Below are positions 11,621 through 23,400 of a stretch of 58,259 nucleotides of DNA, piece after piece. The position numbers were made by a program, and so were the translations under genes. The notes beneath the pieces are model-generated. The model did no database searches and was not told where the DNA came from. It saw only the letters and a list, made by a program, of their open reading frames with translations. This DNA is from Rhizaria sp. SCN 62-66 (lineage: Eukaryota): the NCBI GenBank assembly GCA_001724265.1, contig MEDY01000374.1, positions 1-58,259 of the forward strand, in the 5' to 3' direction. Each line of letters opens with the position of its first letter. Position 1 is the stretch's first letter.

Positions 11621-12715
11621 GTTGTTGCGCGCGGGTTAGAGAGCGGGGGCAGGGAGCGAAGAGAGAGCCTTGGTAGGTGGAGGCCGGGAGCGGAAACAGA
11701 GCGAACGACGGGGGGAAGCGGAAGCAGAAAAACTAAAAACAGTTTTTGTGCTAAGACTTCAATGGGAAAAAGAGACTGAAACTCTTTGACTCAACGGGCC
11801 GTTTGGGGTGCACGAACGACAAGGCCGTTACTGCCGCTTCTTCACCCAACCAAACCCTGGGTCGGTCGCGGTCAAACGGCTCTTGCCGTCGTTGTTGCTG
11901 GCGAATTTTTAGGAACCGCAACGACAAGACTGCCACATAAAAGAGAATATTTAGCTGAGGAGCAGGACTATTATTGCTAAATTATACTTGAAACGCTAAT
12001 TTAGTGTTTCTTTATAACTTTTTGTCGCTCGTATATTTGTCATAAAACGCTGTTTTGAACCTTGTTTCACTTGTTTAGTGGTTGTTGCAACTGTGTTACG
12101 CATGACTTCAACGTAATTTTTAGAGTCATAGGATAGATATATTGTCTCAGATCTTGATAAAGACTTGTCATTATATCAAAATTAATGTTTTAAATTGTAT
12201 AAAAACTATTTGTTAATGTTAACCCAAGTCTGAGTGACATATATCTTTATTTTGTTCATTGAATGTCACTTCCAGAAAGTGCCCTTATATCCAACTCTGT
12301 TTCATTTGTTGAACAAGCTTTGATCACATCAAAACTTAAACATATTGTATTTAAGAGTATTTATTACAACATAGCCAGAAATGGCATTGCTAAAGCAAGA
12401 ATATAAAGAGTTAGACTAGGTTAAGTCCAAGTTACCTGAGCTCACTGCATTTCCGGTTTGGAGCTCTGGCGCCAGCGCACCCTTCGATTCAAACCTAAAA
12501 GCACACCTCGAACTACTTTGAACCGTCGTCAATTAGGGTCAACATTCAAAAGAGAAAGAAAAATTTTACATTAAATACTATATTTTATATTTTTATTCCA
12601 TAAAACACATGTTTCACTCACCTACCACACTTGTTCTTCCACCCCAGCCCAGTCCCCACTCCCGCTTCTCTCTCCACCCTCTTCCGCCTCACTCAGCGCC
12701 ACCGTCTTTTTCGCA

Positions 12716-15700
12716 ATGAGCCGCTCGGGCTCCGTGGTGACCCTGCAGATTGGGCAATGCGGCAACCAGGTCGGCACCCACCTGTTCCACACGCTCGCGC
12801 GCGAGGCCGCTGCGGCGGGACCCGGCGACCTGCAGGACCGCATCTTGCACCAGTTCTTCCGCGAACCGGTCTCCGCGACCGAGCGCGCGGCTGCTTCGAC
12901 CTGCTCTTCCGCCGCCGCGACTGCTGACGGGCTGGCGGCGCCCTCGGCGGCCGGGCTCCCGATTGCGCGCGCCGTGCTCATCGACATGGAGCCCAAAGTG
13001 ATCGGCGACGCTCTAGCCTCCGCGAGCAGGTCCCCGCTGTGGCGCTACTCCCCCGCGCGCACTTTCTCGCAGCAGTCCGGCTCGGCCAACAACTGGGCCT
13101 TCGGCTACGCCGTGCACGGGCCCGCGCACGAGGAGCGCATGCTCGACACGGTCCGCCGCGAGGCCGAGTGCTGCGACACCTTCGGCGCGGCGCTGCTGTT
13201 GCAGTCGCTCGCGGGCGGCACCGGCAGTGGCGTCGGCACCTATGTCAGCGAGCGCCTCCGCGACGAGTACCCCAAGGTGCAGCTCGTGAACCAAGTTGTG
13301 TGGCCCTACAGCATCGGCGAGGTCATCGTGCAAAACCTCAACGCGCTGCTCTCGCTCGCCCACCTGCACGCCGCCTCGGCTGGGCTGCTCGTGGTGCAGA
13401 ACGACGCCGTACACAACATCGCCGTGCAGACGCTGGGCATTGCGCGGCCCAACTTCGATGATCTCAATGGCATCATCGCCACTCACCTGGCCTCGGTGCT
13501 GCTGCCTGCCTTCCACGCCGTGCCCAACACGCTACCGCCGGCCCATGCAGGGCAAATGCCATTGTATAACAGCGCTGATAACGGCAGCGCTGCGTACGCG
13601 TCGCCGTACTATAGCCCTTACACGGACCCGGGGCACTTACCCGCATGGGCGAATGCGTACAGCGGTAGCAACGGCAGCACCACTTACGCCGACATGGCGT
13701 CGCTGCTACGCTCTGCAACCGCTCAGAGCAGCGCCACTAACTCCGTGAGCTCCCGTTGCTTGTCGCTGTCCGATATCACGGACCACCTGTTCTCACACCC
13801 CAGCTACAGGCTGTCGTCTTTGTCCGCGATCCCGAATGTAAGCCGCAGCGCACAGCGGTTCGAGGCCACGACCTGGGGCTTCGTGACGCGCCACCTCCTG
13901 CAGGCACACATCACTCCGGGCCACGCGTTCGGGACCAACCCTTACAGCACCAACATGGGCGGCGGCGGCGTGAGTTCTCAGTCACATTCGCAGTCTGATC
14001 CGCACGACGGTGAGGGCGCAACTGACCGTGAGCAGACAAGTGACCGTGAGCGCCTGAGTGACCGTGAGCGCGACCGTGAGCGTTACCAAGGCGCCAGCGC
14101 CGTGAGCGCGGGCGGCTTCGGGGCCGGCAGCGCCGCGGCCGGCGCCGGGGCCCGCGCCCGCCGCGCCGCGGCCGCGGCCGCGTCCGCGCGCAACGCGCAG
14201 CGGTACATTGACTGGGGCATTGAGCTGGGCCGCCCCTGCCACCTGGACGCGGGGTCGAGGCTCTTCGCGCCGCCGCCTACTTACACCGCCGCGCAGGGCA
14301 CTTACACCGGGGCGGGCGCCTTGAATTCGAGGCTGCACCCTGGCGCTGCCGCGACGGCCAGTGCTTTTTGCGCTGGCTCTAGCTCGAGCTCTAATGCGAG
14401 TGCGAGCGACAACTGCAGCGAGAGCACTCGCCAAGCGACGACGTATAAGAACGATTTCTATGATGGCAGCGAGTTTTGCTATGAGTTTGAAGAGGACGAG
14501 GAGGAGTGGCACCGCTCTCTCTCTAGTTCGTATAACAACATCAACAGTCACAACAACAACGATGACTACGACGATGATGCTAGTAATGACGCCGACAGCA
14601 ACAACAGCATCAGGCACGGAGGTGCTAACTCCCATTCCCAGTCTGGCCAGTCTGGCCAGTCTGGCGCGACCGGCCGGCCCTCGTATCACAGCGCGCGCGT
14701 GCCCCGCTTTGCGCCGCGCCCCTCGGCCGCCTCTGCCGCCGCCGCCGCCCGCTCCCGCGCCCGCCGCTACGGCGGCAACAACAGCAACAGCAACGGCGCT
14801 GGCACTGGCAATGCTGCGAATGAGCACGGCAGTGCTGCGCTGTCTCCCTCGGTGGGCAGCCGCAGCGGCCGCGGACCCCGCGGAAGGGCTTTTTTTGGTC
14901 CCGCGTCTCGGTTCCAGTCCGTGCACGGGTTCTCCCCTGCAATGCCATTCACTCATGGTACGTTCGACAGTGTGAGTGACAAAGCGACAGTCGCATGCGA
15001 CGACGACGTACTAAATCACTGTTTGATGACTTTAATGGACCTTATAGTTGATAAATTTGATAAAGCCGATTTATTGTATCAATAATTGTTTTCCAATTTA
15101 TTTTTACTCACATTTATTAACATCTTTTTCTTTTTCAATTCATTCCCAGGCTCCGCCAACCACGCCGCCGCCACCCGCGCCCGCAGCGGCACCAGCAGCG
15201 CTGTCCCGGTGGCCGACAACACCGCCGGCTCCCGTGGGAGCGGCGTCGGCGTCGGTCTAACCGGGGTTGGCATGGGCAGCGACTACCACCACCACGGGAG
15301 CAGTCGCGCTGCGTCCGCATTCGCGGGGAGCGAGTTCACGGTGGCTATGACTCCGTTCGAGCTGGCCGGCATCCTCGAGGCCGACGCGGCCGCGCTCGCG
15401 CTCGCGCACAAGCAGCACAACAACAACGCTAAGTCGAGCGCGCAGCAACAACAGCAGCAGCATCAGTATTGCCGCGACTTCTACTCCCCGTCCGCGGGCC
15501 TTACCAGCGCCCCCCCCGACGCCGCGCCCCCAGCCAACAAGTCTCTGGCAGCGTACCTTATCCTACGCGGCGACGGCGCCTCGGCGGCGCTGGCAACGGC
15601 GGCGCTGGGCAACGCCACGGCCGTGGCGGCGGCGGGGGGCGGGGTCGGCGCGGCGCCGTGCCACACTGCGTACCCCGCGTTCACGCCCACTGCGGCGGCC

Positions 15701-16177
15701 TCTGCAGCGCTTGTATTGACCGGGAGTAGCCCAGGGAGCAGCGCGAGCACGAGCGCGAGTGCGGCTGCGGCAGCTGCGGGGGCCCGGGCCGGGGCTCGGC
15801 GGGGCGACGCCTCGGCCGCCGCCACACTGGCTGCGCTCTCTAGCAATGCTAGCAGCAACAGCGGAGGCAGCAACAGCGCCGACGAGCCCGAGTGGTTGGG
15901 CTTCGCGCACCCGTCGCTGTACTCGTCGCACAACCCCGCCCCGTTACTCTGCGGCGTGGCGGCCGCGCCCTTCAACGGCGACGCGCGCTCGGGCGCCGTG
16001 TGGGCCGTGTCGCAGCGCGTGGCGGCGCCGCTGTCGCACGTGGTGGGCCGCGCGTGGCAGATGTTCCGGTCGGCTGCTTACACGCACCATTATACCGCGC
16101 ACGGCGTCGAGGCCGAGGACTTCGTCGCGCACTTTGCCACGCTCGAGGGCGTCGTGCAGGCCTACCAGAACATGTGA
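12716..16177 (+). CDS. TUBD1: Delta-tubulin with large low-complexity insertions; exons 12716-14957 and 15150-16177, about 1089 aa
   Basis: Motifs LQIGQCGNQVG, ARAVLIDMEPKVI, QSGSANNWAFGY, LAGGTGSG, VWPYSIGEVIVQNLNALLSL and a C-terminus AWQMFRSAAYTHHYxxHGVExEDFxxxFATLExVVxAY are typical of delta-tubulin. Stop is TGA. Confidence 0.92.
14958..15149 (+). other. Spliceosomal intron in delta-tubulin (192 nt, phase 1)
   Basis: GTACGT donor, AT-rich body, long pyrimidine tract, CCAG acceptor; G|GC gives Gly in frame with the downstream ORF. Confidence 0.87.
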
Positions 16178-16610
16178 GGAACATTTGACTGGTGAGAATG
16201 CAGGAAGGTGATATGAGAAGTTTTTCTCGATGTGGACTCGCGCCGAGATGACAAATCTTGTTGTCAGTGGTTTGTTCTGTTGTTAAAATGAGTTATTTAG
16301 ATTAATGATACGATATCTAGGATTAACTGTTGCGGATTTCTTGTGATGAAATCCATCATACACAATTCGCCTTATGATGAAAGTATATCAAGAGAGTTTG
16401 TATTGCCATAAGAACAATAGAGTGTAATTCTTTGTGTGATGAGCTATTATAACGTGAATCTGTGTTGCTAATTAGTGAGATAAAAAAAGATTTCGGGCGA
16501 TTGGTGACTGTTGTTGAGTTATGAAGAAGAAAACTTGCCTGAGCTTGTTTCGCTTCGTTTTCGCCACTTGAGTCGCCAGTCTAAGTGCCCCCTTAGAGGC
16601 GGCGCGGCCC

Positions 16611-18002
16611 TCAGTCAAGCCCGTCAGCGCGCCCACCCTGCTTGGCTTGCTTGAACATGACCTTGCGGACGATGATCATGAGGATGAACAGCGAAATCAG
16701 CGCCACCAGTATAAACGGCAGCTCGGACCGCGGCCGCGGCGGCTGCGGAGCCCGCGCCCGCTGCTGCTGAGGCTGCGCTGCTGCTGCTGCTGCTCCCGCG
16801 GCTGCCGCTGTGGCAGGCGCCCGGTGCCTGCGCTTGCGCCTCTCCGTGACCTCACCACCACTCGCCGCAATAGCAGCGCCAGCAGCGCTCGCGCTGGTAG
16901 CGGTATTGGGAGTGGTCGTCGCACTAGCACTGCGAGCAGTCGTCGCAGCAGAGTTCGCGGCTTGATTGTCGTTCTTGCTGCTGTTAGCATAGTCTTCGCT
17001 GTCACTGCTATCTGAGCCAGAGCCAGAGGCAGAGGCAGCAGTGGCGCTAGAGCTCGTGCTCGTTGTGCTGCTGTTGCTGTTGCTGTTAGGCAACACAGCA
17101 GGAGCAGGACTCAGACTGCTGCTACTGCTACTGCTGATACTATTACTGTTATTGCTAACAGCAGTTGTCGCAGTTGCAGCAACAGCAGGAGCAGCAACAG
17201 CTGGGGCAGCTGCGGCGGCAACAGGAGCCGGGGCAGTAGCAGCAGCGACAGCAGCAGCAGTACTGGCAGCGCTCTCGCTCTCAGCAACACTCGTACTCGC
17301 ATTCGCAACAGCAACAGCAGGAGCAGCAACTGTAGCAGCTGTGGCAGCAGTGGCAGTGATCTCCTTCTTGTTCTTGTTCAGATCGCTGTTGTCAACGTCC
17401 GTCTTGGCCGCCAACGCCTCGGCCTGCTCGCTAGTCATAACGCCGCCGCCCGCCGCGCCCGCGTCTGCGTTGGCGCCGGTGCTGGCGTCGGCGCCGTCGC
17501 CGGGAAGCAGGCCGAGGTTTGACTCCTCGCACGTCGGACAGCACCAGTCTGCCGAGAGGCGCGCCAGCTCCTTGCGCTCGGGCTCGCCCCAGTCCAGCGC
17601 GCCCACGGCGTTGTCGCCCGGCGTGGGGAAGAAGGCGATCAGCGCGAGGAGCATCTTCTGGATCGACCACGAGGGCTGCCACTCCTCTGGATGGAAGCTC
17701 GAGATCGACAGGCAGACCTTCTTGTTGAGCTCGAACCGGCCCGAGGGCGTCAGGAAGAGGATGTCGGGCGGGCGGTAGGGATAGTCGGGGGGCAGGATGA
17801 GGCGGCCGTGGTAGCGTCCGCCGGCGAAGGGCGAGTTGGCGGGCCCGCGGATGGTGAAGTGCCACTCGAAGAGCGACTACTCGAGCGGGTACGCAGTGAA
17901 CATCGGGGACGGGTTGCGGCACATCTCGCGGTACTCCGCCTGCAACCGGCGCACCGCCACCGAGGACGGGTTTCCGCCCGCGCCGCGCTTCTTGTCAGCC
18001 AT
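16611..18002 (-). CDS. UBE2J1: Tail-anchored ERAD ubiquitin-conjugating enzyme E2 J1 (Ubc6e/UBC32-like), 463 codons including one in-frame TAG at codon 42 (17879-17877)
   Basis: Manual translation from ATG 18002: AVRRLQAEYREM...AYPLE*SLFEWHFTIRGPANSPFAGGRYHGRLILPPDYPYRPPDILFLTPSGRFELNKKVCLSISSFHPEEWQPSWSI, continuous with the 347-aa ORF. The catalytic Cys is intact and there is a C-terminal TM helix (LPFILVALISLFILMIIV). Stop is TGA. Confidence 0.9.
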
Positions 18003-18578
18003 TGAGAAGAGCGGTACAGAGAGCGCTTGGTGGGGGAAGGAGTGAGAGGTCTCTCTCTGCTTGGGATGCTTTGCTGAGAAGTGCTATGTGGGGGACATAC
18101 AAGTTTCAAGAAAGTGTACAATAGTGAGTGGTATTCATTGAGTGCGTTGTTTGTCACATGCACGTAGAGTCTCGGTTGACGATAAATACAGAGAGAATTC
18201 TATTACTTTAGATCCCTGCTGACTGGGCAGCTCGTGTTTGTGGTCGAGTCGAGGTCATTGCTCACGGTCACCATTTTCTTACTCACAAGATAGCCGTTGA
18301 GAAGAGTAGGACAGAGACGTTGGATGCAGCGAGTGATTGAAGACATCTGTAGAGACGTGTAATCTCCGTATAATGACACTGTGGTGAAATAATCAAAATA
18401 ATTACAACATTTTCTATTGTATCTCTATTTTGTTTCTCACAAATCCCTCAAATTCTTCCCCATTGAACCCCTCGGTTTCGTCCCTTGCCTTCCCAGACTA
18501 CAAGCACAACTTCCCCTCTCTTCCCGCTGTTTCCCGCTCTTGTTTCGCTTCTCATCGTTACCAACACACATTAAGCGC

Positions 18579-19917
18579 ATGATGAACCACGTCGAGTTCC
18601 AGCAGCAGGAGAACTACGACCCGAAGGCGCACGCCGAGGCCGCGCAGGCCGCCGCGCACTCGGCGGTCAAGACGGCCGCGGCGCCGCTCACCGTGCCGCG
18701 CACGCTGGTGCCCAGCACCACCGTCGTGGGCGGCAGCTGGCGCCCCTCGGTTACTGGCCGCTGCTCGCGCCCCTGGCGCCTCTCGGACTTCGAGGTCGGA
18801 CGCGGGCTCGGCCGCGGCAAGTTTGGCTATGTCTACTTGGCGCGTGAGAAGAAAACCCACTACATCATCGCGCTCAAGGTGCTGCTCAAGAAGCAGCTCA
18901 ACGACGCTGGCGTCGAGCACCAGCTGCGCCGCGAGATCGAGATTCAGTCCAACCTGCGCCACCCCAACATCCTGCGTTTCTTTGGCTACTTCCACGACGC
19001 AGACCGCGTGTTCCTGATGATCGAGTACGCCGCCAAGGGCGAGCTGTACAGGCTCCTGCAGAACAAGGGTCGCTTCGACGAGGCCACCGCGGCGCGCTAC
19101 ATCCTCTCACTGTCGCGCGCGCTGGACTACTGTCACTCGAAGCACATCATGCATCGCGACATCAAGCCCGAGAACATCCTTGTCGACGCGTGCGACGAAG
19201 TCAAGATCGCCGACTTCGGTTGGTCGGTTCACGCGCCGCAGAACCGCCGCGGCACGCTGTGCGGCACGCTCGACTACCTGCCGCCCGAGATGGTCAACGG
19301 CGAGCGCCACACGCACGCCGTCGACCTGTGGTCGATCGGCATCCTGCTGTACGAGTTCCTTGTGGGCACGCCGCCGTTCGAGGCGCCGACGCACAAGGAG
19401 ACGTACCGGCGCATCGCCAACGTCGACCTTCGCTTCCCCGCGCACGTGGGACCCGAAGCGCGCGACCTCATCAGCCGCGTACGTCGACCGCCCGCCCGCA
19501 GATATATACTCGCTAAAACACACTCACGCACATCGCTTGAACAGAACCTTGTCGACGTATGCGCAAGTTTTGATTGTCTTTATGTGTGTATTTTGATGCT
19601 TTGCATTTGTATATTGATTTGATTTCCTGATTATTTCCGCTAATTATGATCTTTTTTTTTTTGTGTGTGTTCTTTTGTTGTTGTTGTTGTTGTGTTCCTT
19701 ACAGCTCCTGGTCAAGAACCCGCAGGACCGGTTCAAGTTCAGCGATATTCCCACGCACCCGTTCATCGTCAAGAACCTCGTCTCGACCTCGCGCGGGCCC
19801 GCCGCGCAGCAGCAGCAGTACCTTCAGCAGCAGCGACAGCAGCAGCAGATGCAGCAGCAGGGGCAGGGCTACGGGGTTAACGCCGGCCCCCCGCCCCCCG
19901 CCGCCGGGCACTATTGA
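18579..19917 (+). CDS. Aurora-family Ser/Thr kinase; exons 18579-19478 and 19705-19917, about 370 aa
   Basis: [59 protein letters not shown] and [16 protein letters not shown] are Aurora signatures. The splice ARDLISR|LLVKNP completes subdomain XI. Stop is TGA. Confidence 0.95.
19479..19704 (+). other. Spliceosomal intron in Aurora kinase (226 nt, phase 0), containing a (TTG)n microsatellite
   Basis: GTACGT donor, GCTAAT branch-like motif near 19639, T-rich tract, ACAG acceptor. Confidence 0.9.
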
Positions 19918-20245
19918 GTGTGTGGCCTGAGTGAAAACGGCAAGTTGAAGGACGTATGTACTCCACATGTTTTTGACTTGGTTTGAGATTGGTGACGTTC
20001 AGAATGATGTGGAAGTAAGTGCGAGCTGAGAGTGGATCTCAGTCGTCTTTAAATATTCCCTTGCACTGTGCAAGGAATCATCATTGTCGTTAATGGAGAT
20101 ATGAGCAGGCCAGATATGAACAAGGTCAGTGGTTAACACATCACCTTCTGTCTAGTTTTAGCATTTCTATTCGCAATTTAAATACAACATATTTCATTTA
20201 AAGAAAAGCACTCGTGCAGCAAGAGTCACTTACCATGGTTATTTA

Positions 20246-20275
20246 GATCTACCTTGAGTTGATCTACCTTGAGTT
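20246..20275. repeat. Perfect 15-bp tandem duplication GATCTACCTTGAGTT x2
   Basis: Seen directly in the spacer between two convergent genes. Confidence 0.85.
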
Positions 20276-20456
20276 TTTGGCAAATTAACACGCTCTTAAT
20301 GAGATTTGATTCGGTCTGATATTGAATGGTGACTGCTGAAATTCAGAGATGTCTCTCTTGAAGCTGAAAAGGCTCAATACATTGAATTTTTATTGCTTAT
20401 TGCTGACAAAAAGAGCTGATTTCAGATTCATACCTTTGCTAAAGTCAAGCTTCTGT

Positions 20457-23400
20457 TTACTTCTTGTTGTTGTTGCGCTGCTTAGCGATCTCTGACTGCA
20501 GCCACTTGACCACATTCTTCGACGTATTATCGCTTGCGCTCGCATTCACGCTCGCGTTGCTGTCACCAGAGCTAGTTCCAGTCCTCTGACTGCCTTGACT
20601 CTGGCTGAGACTTTGGCTCGAGCGCTGACCGAACCGCTGGCTCTGGCTCCGACTCTGGCTCTGGCCATAGCCGCTGCCCCCATCCTCGTCGCCGTCGACA
20701 TCGAACTCGTCGTTGTCGTCGTGCTCTCCGGGCGTGTCCAGCAGACTAAAGAGCATCTCTTGGCTCAACACGTCGCCCGCGCCCAGCGACTGCGAGCTCC
20801 GCAGCCGCGACTGCGACTGCGAGCCAGAGAGAGACTGTGTGGGAGGAAACAGCAGACTAGGCGGCTGAGCTTTAGAGGCGCCCCTTGTGCTCCTCGCACG
20901 CTTCTCAGCCACACCCACACTTGGACTTGCACTAGCCTTGTTCTTGCTGTTGATGCTGATGTTGTTGTGACTCGCGGCGGCACTAGCTTGCGCGTTGGCA
21001 ATGGCGTTTGCCCTGGCGAGGGCGTTGGCGTGCTCGATGGCTTTGAGCTCGGCGTTGCTCGGCCGGCCGGGTCCGCGCTTGTTGCTGCCGCTGAAGGAGT
21101 ACAAGTCCCCCTGGACCTTCGCCACCTCAGCCGCCGCCGCTGCCGATGCAGCAGCAGCAGCAGATGCAGCATCAGCCTGCGCAGTTGCAACCGGCCCCTG
21201 AGACCGCGCCTGAGACTGCGTCTCAGTCCGCGTATCACCCCGTGTATCGGCCCGCGCGTCGGCCCGTGTATCGGCCTGTGTCTCGCTGTACACAAGCCTG
21301 CGGGCAGTGGCGGCGGTGCGCTGGCTCGTTATCGTGGCCGCAGCAGTGCTTGCATCGGTACCAGTGACGGCGTCAATGACAGGCTTACTCCTCGCAGCAG
21401 CGCCATCAGCAGCAGTGGAGGCAGTGGCCCGGTGAGGCTTGGCGGTCGCCACGGTCGCACGCGCACTCGGAGCGAACTCGGCCTCCGACTCCGACTCTGA
21501 ATCTGACTCTGCCGCGCTCTTGCTCTGGCCCGCATTCACAGCTGATGTTGCCTTATCGTAGTCACTGGCAATCTGAGCAGGAGACGCCGTCGCCGTCGCT
21601 GCCTTGCCAAACACCCTGTCCGCCGCCGCCGCCGCGGCCGCCGCGGCCTTGGACGCCGCGGCCGCCCTCGCCGCCGCCTGTGCCTGCGACTGTGCAAACT
21701 GCGAGACTGAGTACGGGGAGTGTGGCGCGGGGAGGCGCACGGCCGAGGGACTGGCGCGCGGGGGCAGTTGGCGCGGGGGCGGCAGCTGGTCCGTATCGAG
21801 CAGACTCTCGTCCCCGCCCGAGAGCAGCAGCAGCGCAGAGGCCGACGACAGCGTCGAGGCTGAGGCAGCGCCTGAGGCGGGCGTGGGCTTCGAGAGCGAT
21901 GACAATGACGATGACGACACAGCAGTGTCGCTGTCGCGGTCAGTCATAGCAGCGCCGACACCAGTGTGGTGCGCGGCCTGACCGCCCTCAGCACTCTGAG
22001 CGCCGTTCCCAGCGAGACCATTGGCGGCGTTGCTGTGGGCGGCGGCAGCGGCAACGGTAGTGGTGGCGCCGAGCAGCTGGTCGAGGAGGTCGCGGTCGAC
22101 GTCGGTGCGCTCTTCCTCGGGGACTGAACATTTGGTGATACAAAATCGGAGAGAATTACACTGGTGAGCACATTGATACAAACAAAATTCACGTGAACAA
22201 CACTGAAATAGCCACATTCACTTGAATAGCAGATCGTTGCACAAATAAGACTAATTTCCAAACACTTTTGACTTCATTTCATTTCATATGCAATCACAGC
22301 AGCGGGAACGCGTGACTGAACCCATGACTGGACGTACTTGCGAGCACCTCGGCGACGCGCTTTGCGCGCATCTGCTTCGCGCTCTCGCGCGCCACGGCCC
22401 ACTCGGCGTCGTGCGCCTGCCGCGCCTGCTGCAGCCGCTCCCAACGCGCCAGCGCCTCGGACTGCTGCTGCTGCTGCTGCACCTGCACCTGCTGCTGCTG
22501 GTGGTGGGCTTGAGACTGCGTGTGTTCATGTGAGGCGGGGAGGGCGTAGGTGCGGCGGCCGGTGACTGCACTGCTGGTAAAGGTGTTGGGGTAAGTTAGG
22601 CCGCTCTTGGGGGGCCGGCCGCGGGAACGCTTGACCACAGGTGCCGAGTACCATTGGTCCTCATCATCATCATCATGATCATAGTCGTCGTCGCCGTTGC
22701 CGGCGGCGGCAGCGGCGGCGGCAGCAGCGGCGGCGGCGCGGCCCTGTAAGAGCGCCCGCAGCCTCAGTTGCTGCTCGCTGTCACTGTCCGCGTCGTCGTC
22801 ATAATCGTCGTCGCCGTTAGCGGTAGCAATGTCGCTGTCGCTGGAGTCGTCGGCGAACACGCGCATGCTGCCCCCCTTAGACTTCTTGTACCCGGCCCCC
22901 TCAGACTCGTCCAGAGAGCCCCTGAAGGCCGTGCGGCGGCCCGTACGGCGCACACTCGTCACCTCGACGCCCTCACCGGCACCCTCACGCGTCAGGTCGA
23001 CTGCGCTGCGGCTAAACCCACGCGCACCCCCATGCGTTCCATAAGTGCCCAGTGCGCCGCCGTCATCGTCGTCCAGGGTTAGCGGACGTTTGAGGCCCGC
23101 AGGCACGCCAGGCATGCGGCCGCGCCTGCCGCCGGCGCCGCCACCTGTGCCAGCGATCTTTGGCCTAGCCGAGAGGAGGCCGGTGCGGCGCATGACGTCC
23201 GAAGCGAAGAACGAGGGTGGGACGGTGAAAGCGTCGGCCGGCCGGTCCGGGTGCAGGAAGCTCATCCGCCGCGGCTTAACCCCTCTACGCGCACCGGCCC
23301 TCACGCTCTCCACATCATTGTCGTTGTCGTCGTCGTCGGCGTCGAAGGCGTGGCGGCGCTGAAGCAGCAGCTCCGCCGCCAGTGCCATCGCAGAGGCGTC

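Noticed and set aside
12440-12500. tRNA gene suggested by TTCGATTC
   Set aside because: No cloverleaf, D-arm or anticodon arm can be built. No tRNA (including a CUA suppressor) or rRNA was recognised in the window.
13900-15540. Inteins as the explanation for the large in-frame inserts
   Set aside because: The inserts are low-complexity, with no Cys/Ser...His-Asn splice-junction blocks or homing-endonuclease motifs.
17866-17892. A micro-intron removing the TAG in UBE2J1
   Set aside because: The candidate GT-AG pairs spanning it are 16 nt, would shift the frame and would delete conserved PLE or LFE residues.
16611-18002. Calling UBE2J1 a pseudogene
   Set aside because: There are no frameshifts or other lesions, and the catalytic Cys, TM anchor and codon bias are intact. 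Not adopted, but not strictly excluded without read data.
18417-18578. N-terminal ORF-track extensions (Aurora from 18417, AT-hook protein from 26583, IRE1 from 43376, DHHC from 39293, CFAP52 from 3447)
   Set aside because: Most start at non-ATG codons or run through pyrimidine-rich 5'UTR-like sequence; downstream ATGs fit the domain starts or signal peptide better.
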